In this document: positions 1 through 12,102 of the stretch, piece by piece
How positions within the stretch are numbered: the first letter of the stretch is position 1
Layout of the letters: each line of letters starts with the position of its first letter
From: Octopus vulgaris
Taxonomy: Eukaryota
DNA: 64,000 nucleotides
NCBI GenBank assembly: GCA_951406725.2
Contig: OX597828.1
Span: 35,216,001-35,280,000, forward strand
Direction: 5' to 3'
The notes under the pieces: generated by a model
Databases searched by the model: none
Seen by the model: only the letters and a program-made list of their open reading frames with translations
What the model was told of the DNA's origin: nothing
Position numbers and translations under genes: made by a program

Positions 1-10
1 TATATATATG

Positions 11-95
<85 letters not shown>

Positions 96-660
96 GTATG
101 CATATATATGTATATGTATGTATTTGTGTGTTTGTGTTTGTCTTTGTCACCCCACCATTGCTTGACAGCCAATGTTAGTATGTTAACATCCCCGTAACTT
201 AGCAGCTCAGCAAGAGAGGCCAATAGAATAAGTACCAGGCTTACGAAGAATAAGCTACTTAGCAACTTCACTAATGCTGGTGCCACATAAAAGATACCCA
301 GTACATTTTGTTAAGTGGTTGGCATTGCAATGAGCATCCAGCTTTGTGAATCATTTCAAAGCAGACATAGCAAACCCCAAGAGTTATTCTTTGTAAGCCT
401 AATAATTATTCTGTTATGGGGATGCAAACACACCAACACCTGCCATCAAGTGATGGTGGGGATATGAACACAGACACACAAATACATATATATATATATA
501 AATGTATTTCTTTCAGTTTCCATCTACCAAATTCACTCACAAGGCTTTGGTCGACCCAAAGCTATAGTAGAGGACACTTGTCCAGGGTACCATGCAGTGG
601 GTCTGAACCCGGAACCATGTGGTTGGGAAGCAAATTTCTTATCACACAGCCACTCCTACA

Positions 661-710
<50 letters not shown>

Positions 711-2573
711 AGTAGATGTGGGTGTACTGTAAGAAGTTTACTTTCCATTCACATGGTTCCAGGTTCAGTCCCACTGTGTGGCACCCTGAGCAAATGTCTT
801 CTTCTCTATAGCCTTAGACTGACTAGAGCTTTACAAGTGAATTCAGGAGACAGAAACTCAAAGAAGCCCATGGCATATATATGTATGTGTGTGTGTTTCT
901 GGTTATGTTTGTCCCCCACTGCTACTTGGCAGCTGGTATTGGTTTGATTGCATCCCTTGTAACTTAGCAGTTTGCAAAAACAGGTACTTATTTTATTGAT
1001 CCCAAAAGGATGATGGTAAAGTCAACCTCAGTGGGTTTTGAACTCAGAATATAAAGATACAGAAAATGCTGCTAAGCATTTTGCCCAGCGTGCTAACGAT
1101 TCTGCCAGCTCACTGCCTTCGCTAGCGTTTAATATTAATTAATCAAAGAATATAGTACAATGAAGATTTGCCAGTGCTACTGGACTGGTTCCTGTGCAGG
1201 TGGCACGTAAAAAACACCATTTGAGCGTGGCCGTTGCCAATACCACCTGACTGGCCCTTGTGCCGGTAAAAGCATCTACTACACTCTCAGAGTGGTTGGC
1301 ATTAGGAAGGGCATCCAACTGTAGAAACTCTACGAGATCAGATTGGAGCCTGGTGCAGCTATCTGGTTTGCCAGTCCTCAGTCAAATCATCCAACCCATG
1401 TTAGCATGGAAAACAGACGTTAAACGATGACGATGATGATGATGATGATTTAACGGTTTCAAATTTTGCTACAAGGGCAGCCATTTTAGGAGAGGGGATG
1501 AATCGATTACATCAACTCCAGTGTTTCACTGGTACTTAATTTATCGACCCCACGAAGATGAAAAGCGAAGTTGACCTCGGCAGAATTTGAACACAGAACA
1601 CGAAGACAGATGAAAATACCACTAAGTATTTCGCCCAGTGTGCTAATGATTCTGCCACCTCACCAGCTTCACAAAGTTTAAAATTAATTAATCAAATAAC
1701 ACAGTACAATATCTAATAATTATAAATTTAATTACTTTATCACTAGAATTGTTGTTTTCTTTCAAAATACAACAGTATCATTTGTTTGATTTTTTTTTTA
1801 TTTTATTAGCACAGAATTTCTGTTGAAAACTGTTGCTAAAACCATAACTTATGGTAAAGTATAGATATCAAAGTGTAACCATTACTAAATTTCAAACACC
1901 ATCAAACACCATTATTCTTTTTTTTAATCATTTATATTTAATTAATTAATTTATTTATTTAGATTTGTTGGCATAGAATTTCTGTTGAAAGCTGCTATTT
2001 AAAAAAATAACTTATGCTAAAATATAGATATCAAAGCACGGCATAACCATCGCAAAATTCCAAACCCCATCAAACAATTGACTTCTCCACTTTACTGAAT
2101 TGTCTGTCGGCGGTAACTAAATTCAATTATTATACAATACAAACTATCATATCGGACTTGGGTAATACAAAGCGATATAGCTTTACATATAAGCAAGATA
2201 GATTAGACTAGAAAGAAACAAAGAAACAACTAAATGAAGGGAGAGATAGAGACAAAGATGGACACATGCTGAGAGAGAGAGGTAGGCAGAAAGGTTTCTA
2301 CCATAGACTTCTATGTTCTGTTATTCGAATATACAAAGCAATATTCCTAGAAAAATTTTAAAAGAATAATCAAAAATATCCAGTTCTCTTTTGGGTTGTT
2401 GTAACTGTCTGAAGGCTTCAATGAAAAATAATAAGAAGAAGAATTACGAAAATATGCTTCTGATTCCACATTCAAAAAATTAAATGGAGAATAAGGGGGA
2501 AAAAAGGAGAAAAAAAAAAAGACGAGAAGAGAAAAAAGATTTAAGAAATTTACAAGCAAATTTAAATACGCCG

Positions 2574-2744
2574 ATGATGATGGTGGTGGCGGCAGCGGTG
2601 GTAGCAGCGGCGGCGGTGGTGGTGGTGGTGGTGGCGGTGGTGGTGGTGGTGGTGGCGGCGGAGGTGGTGGTGGTGGTGGCGGCGGTGGTGGTGGTGGCGG
2701 TGGTGGTGGTGGTGGTGGTGGTGGTGGTGGCGGCGGTGGTGATG
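2574..2744. repeat. (GGT/GGC)n trinucleotide tract
   Basis: Direct reading. Confidence 0.95.
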
Positions 2745-2834
2745 ACGAGATCAAATGATATTGTGTTATTTATGCGAAAGTAGTATTATGATTGGTTTTG
2801 TGGATTTCTCCAGCTTTTTTAATTACCCTCCTGG

Positions 2835-2888
2835 CTACAATCGATACGACTCATAGAAGCAGATCTCCGGGTCTACGTAACGCCTTAT
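2835..2888 (-). CDS. Candidate terminal coding exon (phase 0), IRRYVDPEICFYESYRL*
   Basis: Strong minus-strand acceptor TTCTGCTTTTCTTTATTTCCAG| (AG at 2890-2889). Unique, CpG-rich sequence. Phase-0 frame is open for 17 codons to TAG and joins in frame to candidate exon 4967-4939. Splicing is inferred. Confidence 0.5.
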   Translation of the reverse strand: MRRYVDPEICFYESYRL

Positions 2889-2968
2889 CTGGAAATAAAG
2901 AAAAGCAGAAAGATAATAATAATGATAATAATAATGATGATTTCTTTCATATAATAATAATAACAAAA

Positions 2969-3010
<42 letters not shown>

Positions 3011-3227
3011 TGTGAAATGGGTTTATACATAAAGAATTATGGATTCTACTATAATAAGTTGTCCGTTTTTTTTTTTGTTTTTTGCCTTTTTCCCTTTTTT
3101 TTTATTGACATACAAGTATACAATTACAAACGTTGTTGGAATGCTATCTCTTATCTCGTTCAGATAAGAACACAATTATATATGTATAAATATATAATAT
3201 AAATAAAAGTTTACATACACATGCACA

Positions 3228-3279
<52 letters not shown>

Positions 3280-3382
3280 TGTGTGTGTGTGTATGTGTAT
3301 GTGTGTGTGTGTGCATGCATACATACATATCTATGCATATATGTAAGTAAACACACATACATATAAACATATATATACATAC

Positions 3383-3413
<31 letters not shown>

Positions 3414-3452
3414 TATATATAGTTATATATATATATGTATATATACATATAT

Positions 3453-3504
<52 letters not shown>

Positions 3505-4106
3505 GTTTAAATATAAGTATATATATATATTCATATAGATATATATATATACATATATAATACATACAAATATATATGTAAAATAAATACATACAGACAC
3601 CCACGCATACATACAAACATACGTATGTGTATTGATTTGTTGAATAATCTATAGGTTTCTTTTGATGTCTATCATGTATACATTGCGATTTGATCCATAA
3701 ACAGGCTTCAAGAAAATTCTTTCAAACTGTTGATAGAAAGGAACCAAAGTTGCTTGTTTAAAGTGTTTCTTTATAATTACTTTTCATTCCATTTCACACC
3801 CAGACTCCATAGACAAAATATTTCTTTTGTAATCTTCTCACTCCCAGTATTTTCCAATAAACATAATGATTATTGGTACACATGTGTGTGTCTGTCTTAA
3901 ACTTAAAATTTTTACTTTTATTTACTTTACCATGTTTGTGTTCAAAGTAGTAGGGGGCGAAACTTATAAGTATAGCCATATTTACTCTTAAATGAAGCCA
4001 TTGCAGCATCTTAGAAAATTCTTAACAGTTTTTATTGTCTTGATGGTAAAGGAGGTTTAATGAGGCTGAAATGTGTCTAGAGTTGCCCCTCTTATTTGCA
4101 AAAATA

Positions 4107-4342
4107 AGGTAGCGAGCTAACAGAAACGTTAGCACGCCGGGCGAAATGCTTATCAGTATTTTGTCTGCTGTTACGTTCTGAGTTCAAATTCTGTCGAGGT
4201 CGACTTTGCCTTTCATCCTTTCAGGGTCAATTAAATAAGTACCAGTTATGCACTGGGGTCGATATAATCGACTTAATCCGTTTGTCTGTCCTTGTTTGTC
4301 CCCTCTGTGTGTAGCCCTTTGTGGGCAGTAAAGAAATAAGAA
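4107..4342 (+). mobile_element. tRNA-derived Deu/Nin-domain-like SINE, family B (representative copy)
   Basis: GAGTTCAAATT B box followed by GCCTTTCATCCTTTCAGGGTCAATTAAATAAGTACCAG. Many other copies (e.g. 17826-18045+, 20150-20381-, 26570-27009-, 46833-47015+, 63670-63835+). Confidence 0.85.
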
Positions 4343-4938
4343 ATAATTAACCCTTTTTCTGTGGGAATTAGATAAAGTCCCTCAAAATTTCATTGCCCTT
4401 CACTATAGAGAACAATTTTATATATCACTATATCTTTTGTTGAGGAATATCCCTCTTTGAAACTATTTTCTATTGAGATACATCAAGTTTACTGAGGCAG
4501 CATGACTTGCAGAAAATACCAATTTTACTTTTTGTTAGATATTTAACATCATTACATGGCATAACCATGAAGTTTGATTTCACAGTTAAGGGATTAAAAC
4601 AGCATTCATGTATTTACTGTAAAGTTAAACAGACTTTAAATGAAAAGACTAGGGAGTGACTTATACATGGGGCACAGCTAAAACCATAAAGGGGGAAAAA
4701 ATTTGTACAGAGATTTAATACTAAATTAGGGGTGTGAATTAAACATGAGTGCAATTTATACACAAGTATATATGGTACATATATATATCATGTGAGCAAT
4801 CAGACTATCAGATTTTGTTATGCATCACTGGTCACAATGCGCTTTACATCATTTTATTTATATGTTAGCTAATACTATTTTGTTCTATTTTTACCCTTCC
4901 TTTTCACTTTATTGTATCTAGTTAATTTTTATTGTTAC

Positions 4939-4967
4939 CTGCATCAACCCCTTTGATGAAAATTTAC
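4939..4967 (-). CDS. Candidate 29-nt microexon (phase 1 to 0), (G)KFSSKGLMQ
   Basis: Acceptor TTTTGTGTCATTTCAG| and donor CAG|GTAACA. Only the phase-1 frame lacks a stop. The exon itself begins GTAAAT. Confidence 0.45.
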
Positions 4968-5114
4968 CTGAAATGACACAAAACTATCAGCTTTTAAAGA
5001 TTATAATTACTTGTGAGGTCAATGGATTGCTAAAATCATTAAGGTATTGAATGTAATGATATGTGGTATGTAGTTATAGTTCTTTATATTCTGAGTTCCT
5101 ATTTTTGATAGGAA

Positions 5115-5484
5115 AACAAGAACACTCAGTGATTGCAAACCTCCACCAAAGCAACACCAATGTCCTCTCAATGATTAGCTGAAGATGAATTTTTTAAAAT
5201 GAGAATATCTGAAATAAACTCAACTGCTCTCACAAATGAGAATACGCAAAATAAACCTAGCCCCTCTCAAAAATTAAGTAAGTAATACGGAAAACTATCC
5301 AGAATCCTTGTCCGGTACCAGATCGATCCCAAAATTAAATCAGTTCATGCCAGTCATAAGGCCAAACATCCCTGAAAGTTTCATCTGAATCCAACCCGTG
5401 GTTCTTGAGATATCTTGTCCATGGACAAACAAACAAATGCAACTGAAAACAATACCTCCGCCTTTGCTAAGGCGGAGGTAATAA
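5115..5484 (-). mobile_element. Helentron-associated non-autonomous element (HINE-like)
   Basis: Terminal 12-bp hairpin TACCTCCGCCTT-tgct-AAGGCGGAGGTA (5453-5480); subterminal GGTGGAGG..CTGAGTG..CTTGTT at the other end; T-run insertion context. Confidence 0.65.
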
Positions 5485-5783
5485 ACACACATATTGGTAA
5501 TATATGTGTTTAAACCATGTTTCAACCGGGTTGATCACCAATCATCGGACTTTTATTCCTGATATCTACAAGTGCAAGGACAGAAGTGTGGTTAAGGAAC
5601 TTACTTTGTAGTCATGTAGTCTTGAGCACAGTCCCATTGTATGGCTCTTTTGTCAAGTGTCTTCCTACCATAGCCCTGAACTGATCAATGCTTTGGGTGT
5701 GAATTTGGTAGATGGAAACTGGGAAAAAACCGACCAATGCCTTGTGAGTGGATTTGGTAGACGGAAACTGAAAGAAGCCTGTC

Positions 5784-5843
<60 letters not shown>

Positions 5844-6483
5844 GTGTTTGTGTGTCTGTGTTTGTCCCCCTAGCATTGCTTGACAACCGATGCTGGTGTG
5901 CTTATGTCCCCGTCACTTAGCGGTTCGGCAAAAAGAGACCGATAGAATAAGTACTGGGCTTACAAAGAATAAGTCCCAGGGTCGATTTGCTCGACTAAAG
6001 GCGGTGCTCCAGCATGGCCACAGTCAAATGACTGAAACAAGTAAAAGAGTAAAAAGAGTAAGAGTATATATATATATATATATCATCAGCATCATCATCA
6101 TCATTGTTTAACACCCGTTTTCCATATATGTACCCACACATATACATGTATGTGTGATATATGTGTGTGAATGAGTTTTCCCCACTCTCCACTGCTTGAC
6201 ATTCAGTGCTGGTTTGTTTACATCCACATAATGACCTCCATAAGAGCTCCAGTCAACTAAGAACCAGACTTTAAAAAATATGTACTGCTGAAACAAGAAA
6301 AATAAAAGATGAGTTTATGCCTGTATAGCTTAGGGTGTTCACCAAAGGGGATACAACAGAATAAGTACCAAACTTTAAAAACAACAAACAAGGGGTCAAT
6401 CCATTTGACTAAAACCCTTCAAAGTGGTGCTCCAGCAAGGCTGCAGTCCAATAACTGAAACAAGTAAAAGATTACAAAAAAAT

Positions 6484-6862
6484 GTGGCTGTGTGGTAAGT
6501 AGCTTGTTTACCTACCACATGGTTCCGGGTTCAGTCCCACTGCAGGGCACCTTGGGCAAGTGTCTTCTACTATAGCTTTGGGCCGACCAAAGCCTCGTGA
6601 GTGGATTTGGTAGACGGAAACTGAAAGAAGCCCGTCGTATATATGTATATATATGCATGTGTGTGTCTGTGTTTGTCCCCCTAGCTTGCTTGACAACCGA
6701 TGCTGGTGTGTTTATGTCCCTGTTACTTAGCGGTTTGGCAAAAGAGACCGATAGAATAAGTACTGGGCTTACAAAAGAATAAGTCCCGGGGTCGAGTTGC
6801 TCGATTAAAGGCGGTGCTCCAGCATGGCCGCAGTCAAATGACTGAAACAAGTAAAAGAGTAA
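6484..6862 (+). mobile_element. tRNA-derived CORE-like SINE, family A (representative copy)
   Basis: A box TGGCTGTGTGG, B box GGTTCAGTCCC, CORE-like ACCTTGGGCAAGT, internal (TA)n(TG)n, tail TGACTGAAACAAGTAAAAGAGT. More than 25 full or partial copies in the window. Confidence 0.9.
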
Positions 6863-7092
6863 AGATGTGCACATGATACCAAGCAGGATTAGAACCAGGA
6901 CCATTAGTTTCCAAACTTAAGTAAGGGTAATAAATAACATTCTTATCCAGTGCCTCTAATGCATTCACCAAATTTGGTTTGCATGAATCATGTTTTTAAA
7001 TTTTCAAATATGAAAAAAAATTACTAAAAATTCTTTTGAATATCCAAACTGTTTCTTATACCATTTTCTTATATTTCTCTTTCTATTTTCAG

Positions 7093-7231
7093 GTAAGTTG
7101 AAGAAATATGTCTCACTCAGCCACTCACACATCAATCTCAGTCGGTTCCTCTCAACCTCCGCTACATCGTACTCTCACTCTTTCTAGCTGACACAACAGC
7201 TACAAGATAAATCAATAAACCGTTATTAAAG
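7093..7231 (+). other. Candidate non-coding exon starting with a recursive-splice-like AG|GTAAGT site
   Basis: Long pyrimidine tract, then CAG|GTAAGT at 7090-7098; consensus donor AAG|GTAAGT at 7229-7237. Stops in all three frames. Confidence 0.45.
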
Positions 7232-7452
7232 GTAAGTTTCGACTCATCATTCAGTGATGCTGGCTGCTAAACAAGTTTTATGCCATTTCAAGTTCAATCC
7301 GCTACTTGCTAAGCAATAATCCACTTTTTGAAATCAATGTGAAGAAGAAGAAAAAAATTCTTTAGCTACAACTAAACGAAATTGAATAAATGTTTTTGGT
7401 GATAAAATTATTTTATTGGTATTTTCCTAATGAAGAAGAAAATTACATTTAC

Positions 7453-7469
7453 CTCAGCAGCAGCAGCAG
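7453..7469 (-). CDS. Candidate 17-nt microexon (phase 1 to 0), (A)AAAAE
   Basis: Acceptor TCACCTGCTGTTGCAG| and donor GAG|GTAAAT. An alternative upstream TTAG acceptor would give a 42-nt exon from 7494. Overlaps a short CAG run. Confidence 0.25.
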
Positions 7470-7544
7470 CTGCAACAGCAGGTGATAACATTTTCTAACA
7501 CACATTACATTATTATTATTATTATTGTTGTTGTTGTTGTTATT

Positions 7545-8205
7545 TGTCTTTGCTCAGCTTCTAACACTGGAGATGTACTTTGGTGTCAGCTGTTCACTAG
7601 CAGTGAACTAAGGTAACACACCTTATTGTTCAAGCACCATTTGGAGTATTCGAGCAGTTCTAAGCAGTGCTGCTTTCTGCAAGTGCTCCACCTTTATTGC
7701 AACCCCCATTTGTTTCATGTACTTCTCAAGATTTTTTTCTCACTGTTCCCAGGGCTCTAACAATTATCAGTATTACTACCACCTTTTTCATCGACCAAAA
7801 CAGCTTAACCTCCCAAGCTAACCTATTATATCTTTCGGCATTTCTTTCTTCCATATCACGTACCTTGTTGTCAGCTGGGCATGCTGTATCTATGATCCAG
7901 CATCGTTTGCTTTCTTTCTCAATTAAGACTATGTCTGGCTTCCTATTCTCTATCTCATGGTTGCACTGAATCATAAAATCCCATAGGATCTTTGCATTAT
8001 CATTTTCAATGATGACTTCAGGTTTATGTTTGTACCACTTTTTTGCTCTGTCAAGTCCATATTTGTTACAAAGGTTCCAATGGTAAAGCCTGGCTATATT
8101 GTCATGACATCTCGTATATTCTTTCTGGATAAGTGGCATACATTGACTGGTAATATGCCATATGGTTTCACCATTTTGTCCACAAATTCTGCACTTATCA
8201 CTTTC
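7545..8205 (-). mobile_element. 5'-truncated R4/Dong-clade non-LTR retrotransposon (CCHC knuckle + restriction-like endonuclease), frameshifted
   Basis: Translation CRICGQNGETIWHITSQC...RCHDNIAR...KILWDF...RKPDIVLIEK...IIDTACP...ALGTV. Flanked on both sides by (TAA)n. Confidence 0.9.
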
Positions 8206-8212
8206 TTATTAC

Positions 8213-8249
<37 letters not shown>

Positions 8250-8802
8250 GAGTGAGAGAGCAGTTCATGCCATCAAAGTGACACTGGGGTAAAATATATG
8301 AAGCCTAATATACCCATCATGACTACCCGTCTGATAAGGGTACACTAGGCACATGCATCACAACCATATGTGTGCGATATTGTGATCTCATATCAAGATA
8401 AACAGCACATGACCTTGCAGGTGGGGCCCAGTTAGAATTTTCTTCAGGTTGAGTAGCCCATCCCACTCAAAAGGTCCCTGAATAAGGGTTGTTTAAGGAT
8501 GTTGAAAGAACCACCCATGTTTCCAGAGGTGAATTATTCAAACCCCAAAGAATCCCTCTCAACACATGGCTATGATGCTCCCCCACTACTTCTGCTCGTG
8601 ATCAGAGATGCACATATCATCAGCCACCAAGGGACATGCTCAACTGGTTAAGGTCAAACAACTGACAAGCAAATCTGTGGTATTGAGCAGATATTTGCTG
8701 TAGCCCATCTTTTATACCAAGACAAAACAATGTACATGATAACACTTCCAATCAGTTAAGATCAGAAGCCATGAGAGCCACTGCCTGGTACTGCATCAGG
8801 GC

Positions 8803-8804
<2 letters not shown>
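8250..8804 (-). mobile_element. ~555-bp non-coding interspersed element in (TAA)n, copy 1
   Basis: Near-identical to 8861-9331 and partly to 17387-17682; bounded by TAA repeats. Confidence 0.75.
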
Positions 8805-8860
<56 letters not shown>

Positions 8861-9331
8861 GAGTGAGAGAGCAATGCATGCCATCAAAGTGACACTGGGG
8901 TATAATATACGAAGCTCAGTATACCCATCATGACTACCCGTCTGATAAGGGTACACTAGGCACATGCATCACAACCATATGTGTGTGACATGGTGATCTC
9001 ATATCAAGATAAACAACGCATGACCTTGCAGGTGGGGCCCAGTTAGAATTTTCTTCTGGTCGAGTAGCCCATCCCGCTCAAAAGGTCCCTGAATAAGGAT
9101 TGTTTAAGGATGTTGAACGAACCACCCATGTTTCCAAAGGTGAATTATCCAAATCCTTGAGAATTCCTTTCAACACATGGCTATGATTCTCCCTCACTAC
9201 TTCTGCTCATGATCAGAGATGCACATATTGTCAGCCACCAAGGGACATGCTCAACTGGTTAAGGTCAAACAACTGACAAGCAAATCTGTGGTATTGAGCA
9301 GATATTTGCTGTAACCCATGCTTTATACCAA
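8861..9331 (-). mobile_element. Same element, copy 2 (5'-truncated)
   Basis: Direct repeat of 8250-8720, separated from copy 1 by (TTA)n. Confidence 0.75.
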
Positions 9332-9521
9332 AGCCTTCTATTTCTTAATTATTATAAATCTTCCACTGACGAGTGAGCCAGTTTCCAACAAAGATACAAG
9401 GCTCCATCTTGGGGATGTAGTTAACACAGACAAATTCACATTTGTAACTTGAGAAAAGTCTTGCATATTTTTACTCTTCCTCTCACAGATAGGACTTGTA
9501 ATGTCAGCTGGTCGATTTCTC

Positions 9522-9608
9522 TTTCTGAAGATTCCCATTAGTCGGACAGTTTTGTTAGAATCTAACAAAACTGTCCAACGAACAGGAACATAAAACTCTG
9601 AGTAACAG
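9522..9608 (+). ncRNA. Degenerate hammerhead motif with very long stem II
   Basis: CTGAAGA at 9525; perfect 16-bp hairpin 9544-9576; then AAAAC-TCTGA-GTA. The sister copy near 42915-42960 retains GAAAC-TCTGA-GTA. Confidence 0.5.
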
Positions 9609-9708
9609 TTTTTGTGATATTTCTGCTGCTTTTCAATAAAGTATATATATATATATATATACATGAAACACACATATACAGGTATGTATATGCATATATA
9701 CATGTATA

Positions 9709-9773
<65 letters not shown>

Positions 9774-10477
9774 CTGTGTCTGTGTCTCTCTGTGTGTACA
9801 TATATATTTATACGTACACATGTATATACGTATAAATATTTTCTGCTAATGAGATATCTTTGTATCTATATCGACCAGCTTATGAACAAAATGAGAACTA
9901 ATTACAAAACACTAATTCATACTGATGATATATATTCTTTCTACTAATAGAATTTTTCAACTGATAAAATTTATTTCTGGAATCTAATCCCATGATAGGT
10001 CATGTGTTACATTATTCTCCTTTTTTTTTTTAGTTTTATGCGTTTCTTAATGTAGCTTTTCCTTTTTCTTTTTTTCTTTTTATTTCTTATTTCATTATTT
10101 TTGTAGTTTTCGTGATAATTTGATAACATCAACAAAACACCAAACTCAAAATTATTATTACTACTACTATTTTTACACTACCAGTTACTAACTACCACGA
10201 CAACTACTAGTAACAGTAGTAGTTATGGTGGTGGTGGTAGTGGTGGTGGTGGTGGTGGTGGTGGCGATTGTTGGTGGTGGTGGGGGGCTTAGGTAGTAAT
10301 ATGGAAAATATTTTTCCATATTTGCGTAATTCTATAAGCAAGCAAAGGGGAATGGTGTGTGTTCTTGCTTTACTGTTGCAAGATGTGTGTGTGTGTGCGT
10401 GTGTGTGTGTATGTATGTATGTGTGTGTGTATGTATGTATCACAGAGGTGCTACCTGCTATGAACAAAACAGCATTA

Positions 10478-11319
10478 TATGATGTTGTGATTGTGAGTAC
10501 AACACTCTAAGCACTAGACCATGCACCATTACATACTAATGGTAAATAAATTTCACTGTCGTACCAGCAGTGTCTATAATTTACAGTCTGCCTGTGTCCA
10601 GTGTACTATTTTCCACTGAACTAGGAAAAATATTGCCTTACTCAGAAAACAAGGAAGGCTAACAACAGGAAGTGCTTTAGGCCATAGCAAATTCACTTCA
10701 ATAAATCTTGTCTGACCCATGCAAATCTGGAGCAGAGAGGGTATGTCAACCCTCTCTGCTCCAGATCAACTTCGTTAAATAACATCCAAATGGCAAAAAG
10801 AAGAATTAGACAAACATAACTGATTAATCAAACAGTTGATTAATTAATTGGTTGAATCGTTAACCAATTGACAAACAAATAATAAAAGAAGTGAAATAGA
10901 ACTAGTGCATGTGTTTATTAATGGCAAAATGACCCACTCATCATACAGCAAAAATTTATTTCATTACATCATGAATCTTAAAAATGATATAGAAAATTTA
11001 TATATCACCATCATCATCATCATCATTATCATCATCATCATTGTCATTGTTTTAGCATCTATTTTTCCATGTTTGCATGGGTCAGACAAGATTTATTGAA
11101 GTGAATTTGCTATGGCCTAAAGCACTTCCTGTTGTTAGCCTTCCTTGTTTTCTGAGTAAGGCAATATTTTTCCTAGTTCAGTGGAAAATAGTACACTGGA
11201 CACAGGCAGACTGTAAATTATAGACACTGCTGGTACGACAGTGAAATTTATTTACAATTAGTATGTAATGGTGCATGGTCTAGTGCTTAGAGTGTTGTAC
11301 TCACAATCACAACATCATA
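10478..11319. repeat. Near-perfect inverted duplication, 248-bp arms, 346-bp spacer
   Basis: 10478-10725 is the reverse complement of 11072-11319; one mismatch seen by eye. Confidence 0.95.
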
Positions 11320-11399
11320 GGTTCAATTCCTGGAATAAGCAGTATTGTGATCTTGAGCAAAACACTTCATTTCTTGTTACTCCAATGCTGTGTGTGAAG

Positions 11400-11800
11400 G
11401 GGCATGGCTCTGTGGTTAGAGCATTGAGCTTACAATCGAGAAGTTGTGAGTTCGATTCCTGGACCGGGTTGCATGTTGTGTTCTTGAGCAAGACACTTTA
11501 TTTCACATTGCTCCTGTTCGCTCAGCTGTAGAAATGAATTTCAACATCACTGGTGTCAAGCTGTATCAGCCCCTTTGCCTTTCCATTAGATAACATGGGT
11601 GGCAGAGGAGAGGCTGATTTGCATAGGCGACTGCTGGTCTTCCATAAAACAACCCTAGGTTGTGTGTTCACCTCCTCCTCCTCATCATCATCATCATTAT
11701 CATCATCATAATCACTAACATCATTTAACATTTCTTTCTGCCCAGACTTGTACCCCGGAGGGGAACCTCTTAGGTGCACCCATGGTCATTCGTGACTGAT
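11400..11800 (+). mobile_element. tRNA-derived SINE family D (V-domain-like)
   Basis: A/B boxes, then GTTGTGTTCTTGAGCAAGACACTT; second copy at ~48818-49160. Confidence 0.75.
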
Positions 11801-11839
11801 GGAATCAAATCAAGTGCTGTGTGAGGACCAGCATGTCAA

Positions 11840-12068
11840 AGAACAGACCGTACATCTCCTCTGCATGTCTTAAAAGGGGACTAAAAGAGGCTGAAGTAGG
11901 ATTTGCACTCTGATCTCGTAAGACCCTCATCAGCAAAGACTACCCAAATGGACCCATGGGCTGAAAGAGTGTTGCCTGAGTGGTGCAAAGGTGTTGTCCA
12001 CCACAAGTAGGAGGGAATCACCAACAAATGGTGCATGCAACAATGTGCTGTTACAAAGCATTCCCCCA
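11840..12068 (+). mobile_element. Degenerate Meta-domain-like SINE remnant
   Basis: CTGCATGTCTTAAAAGGGGACTAAAAGAGG resembles the MetaSINE core as recalled; followed by an (ACT)n tail. Confidence 0.4.

Positions 12069-12102
<34 letters not shown>

Noticed and set aside
2347-2783. Poly-Pro (formin-like) and poly-Val/Ala ORFs
   Set aside because: Trinucleotide tract with no protein-like flanks or splice support.
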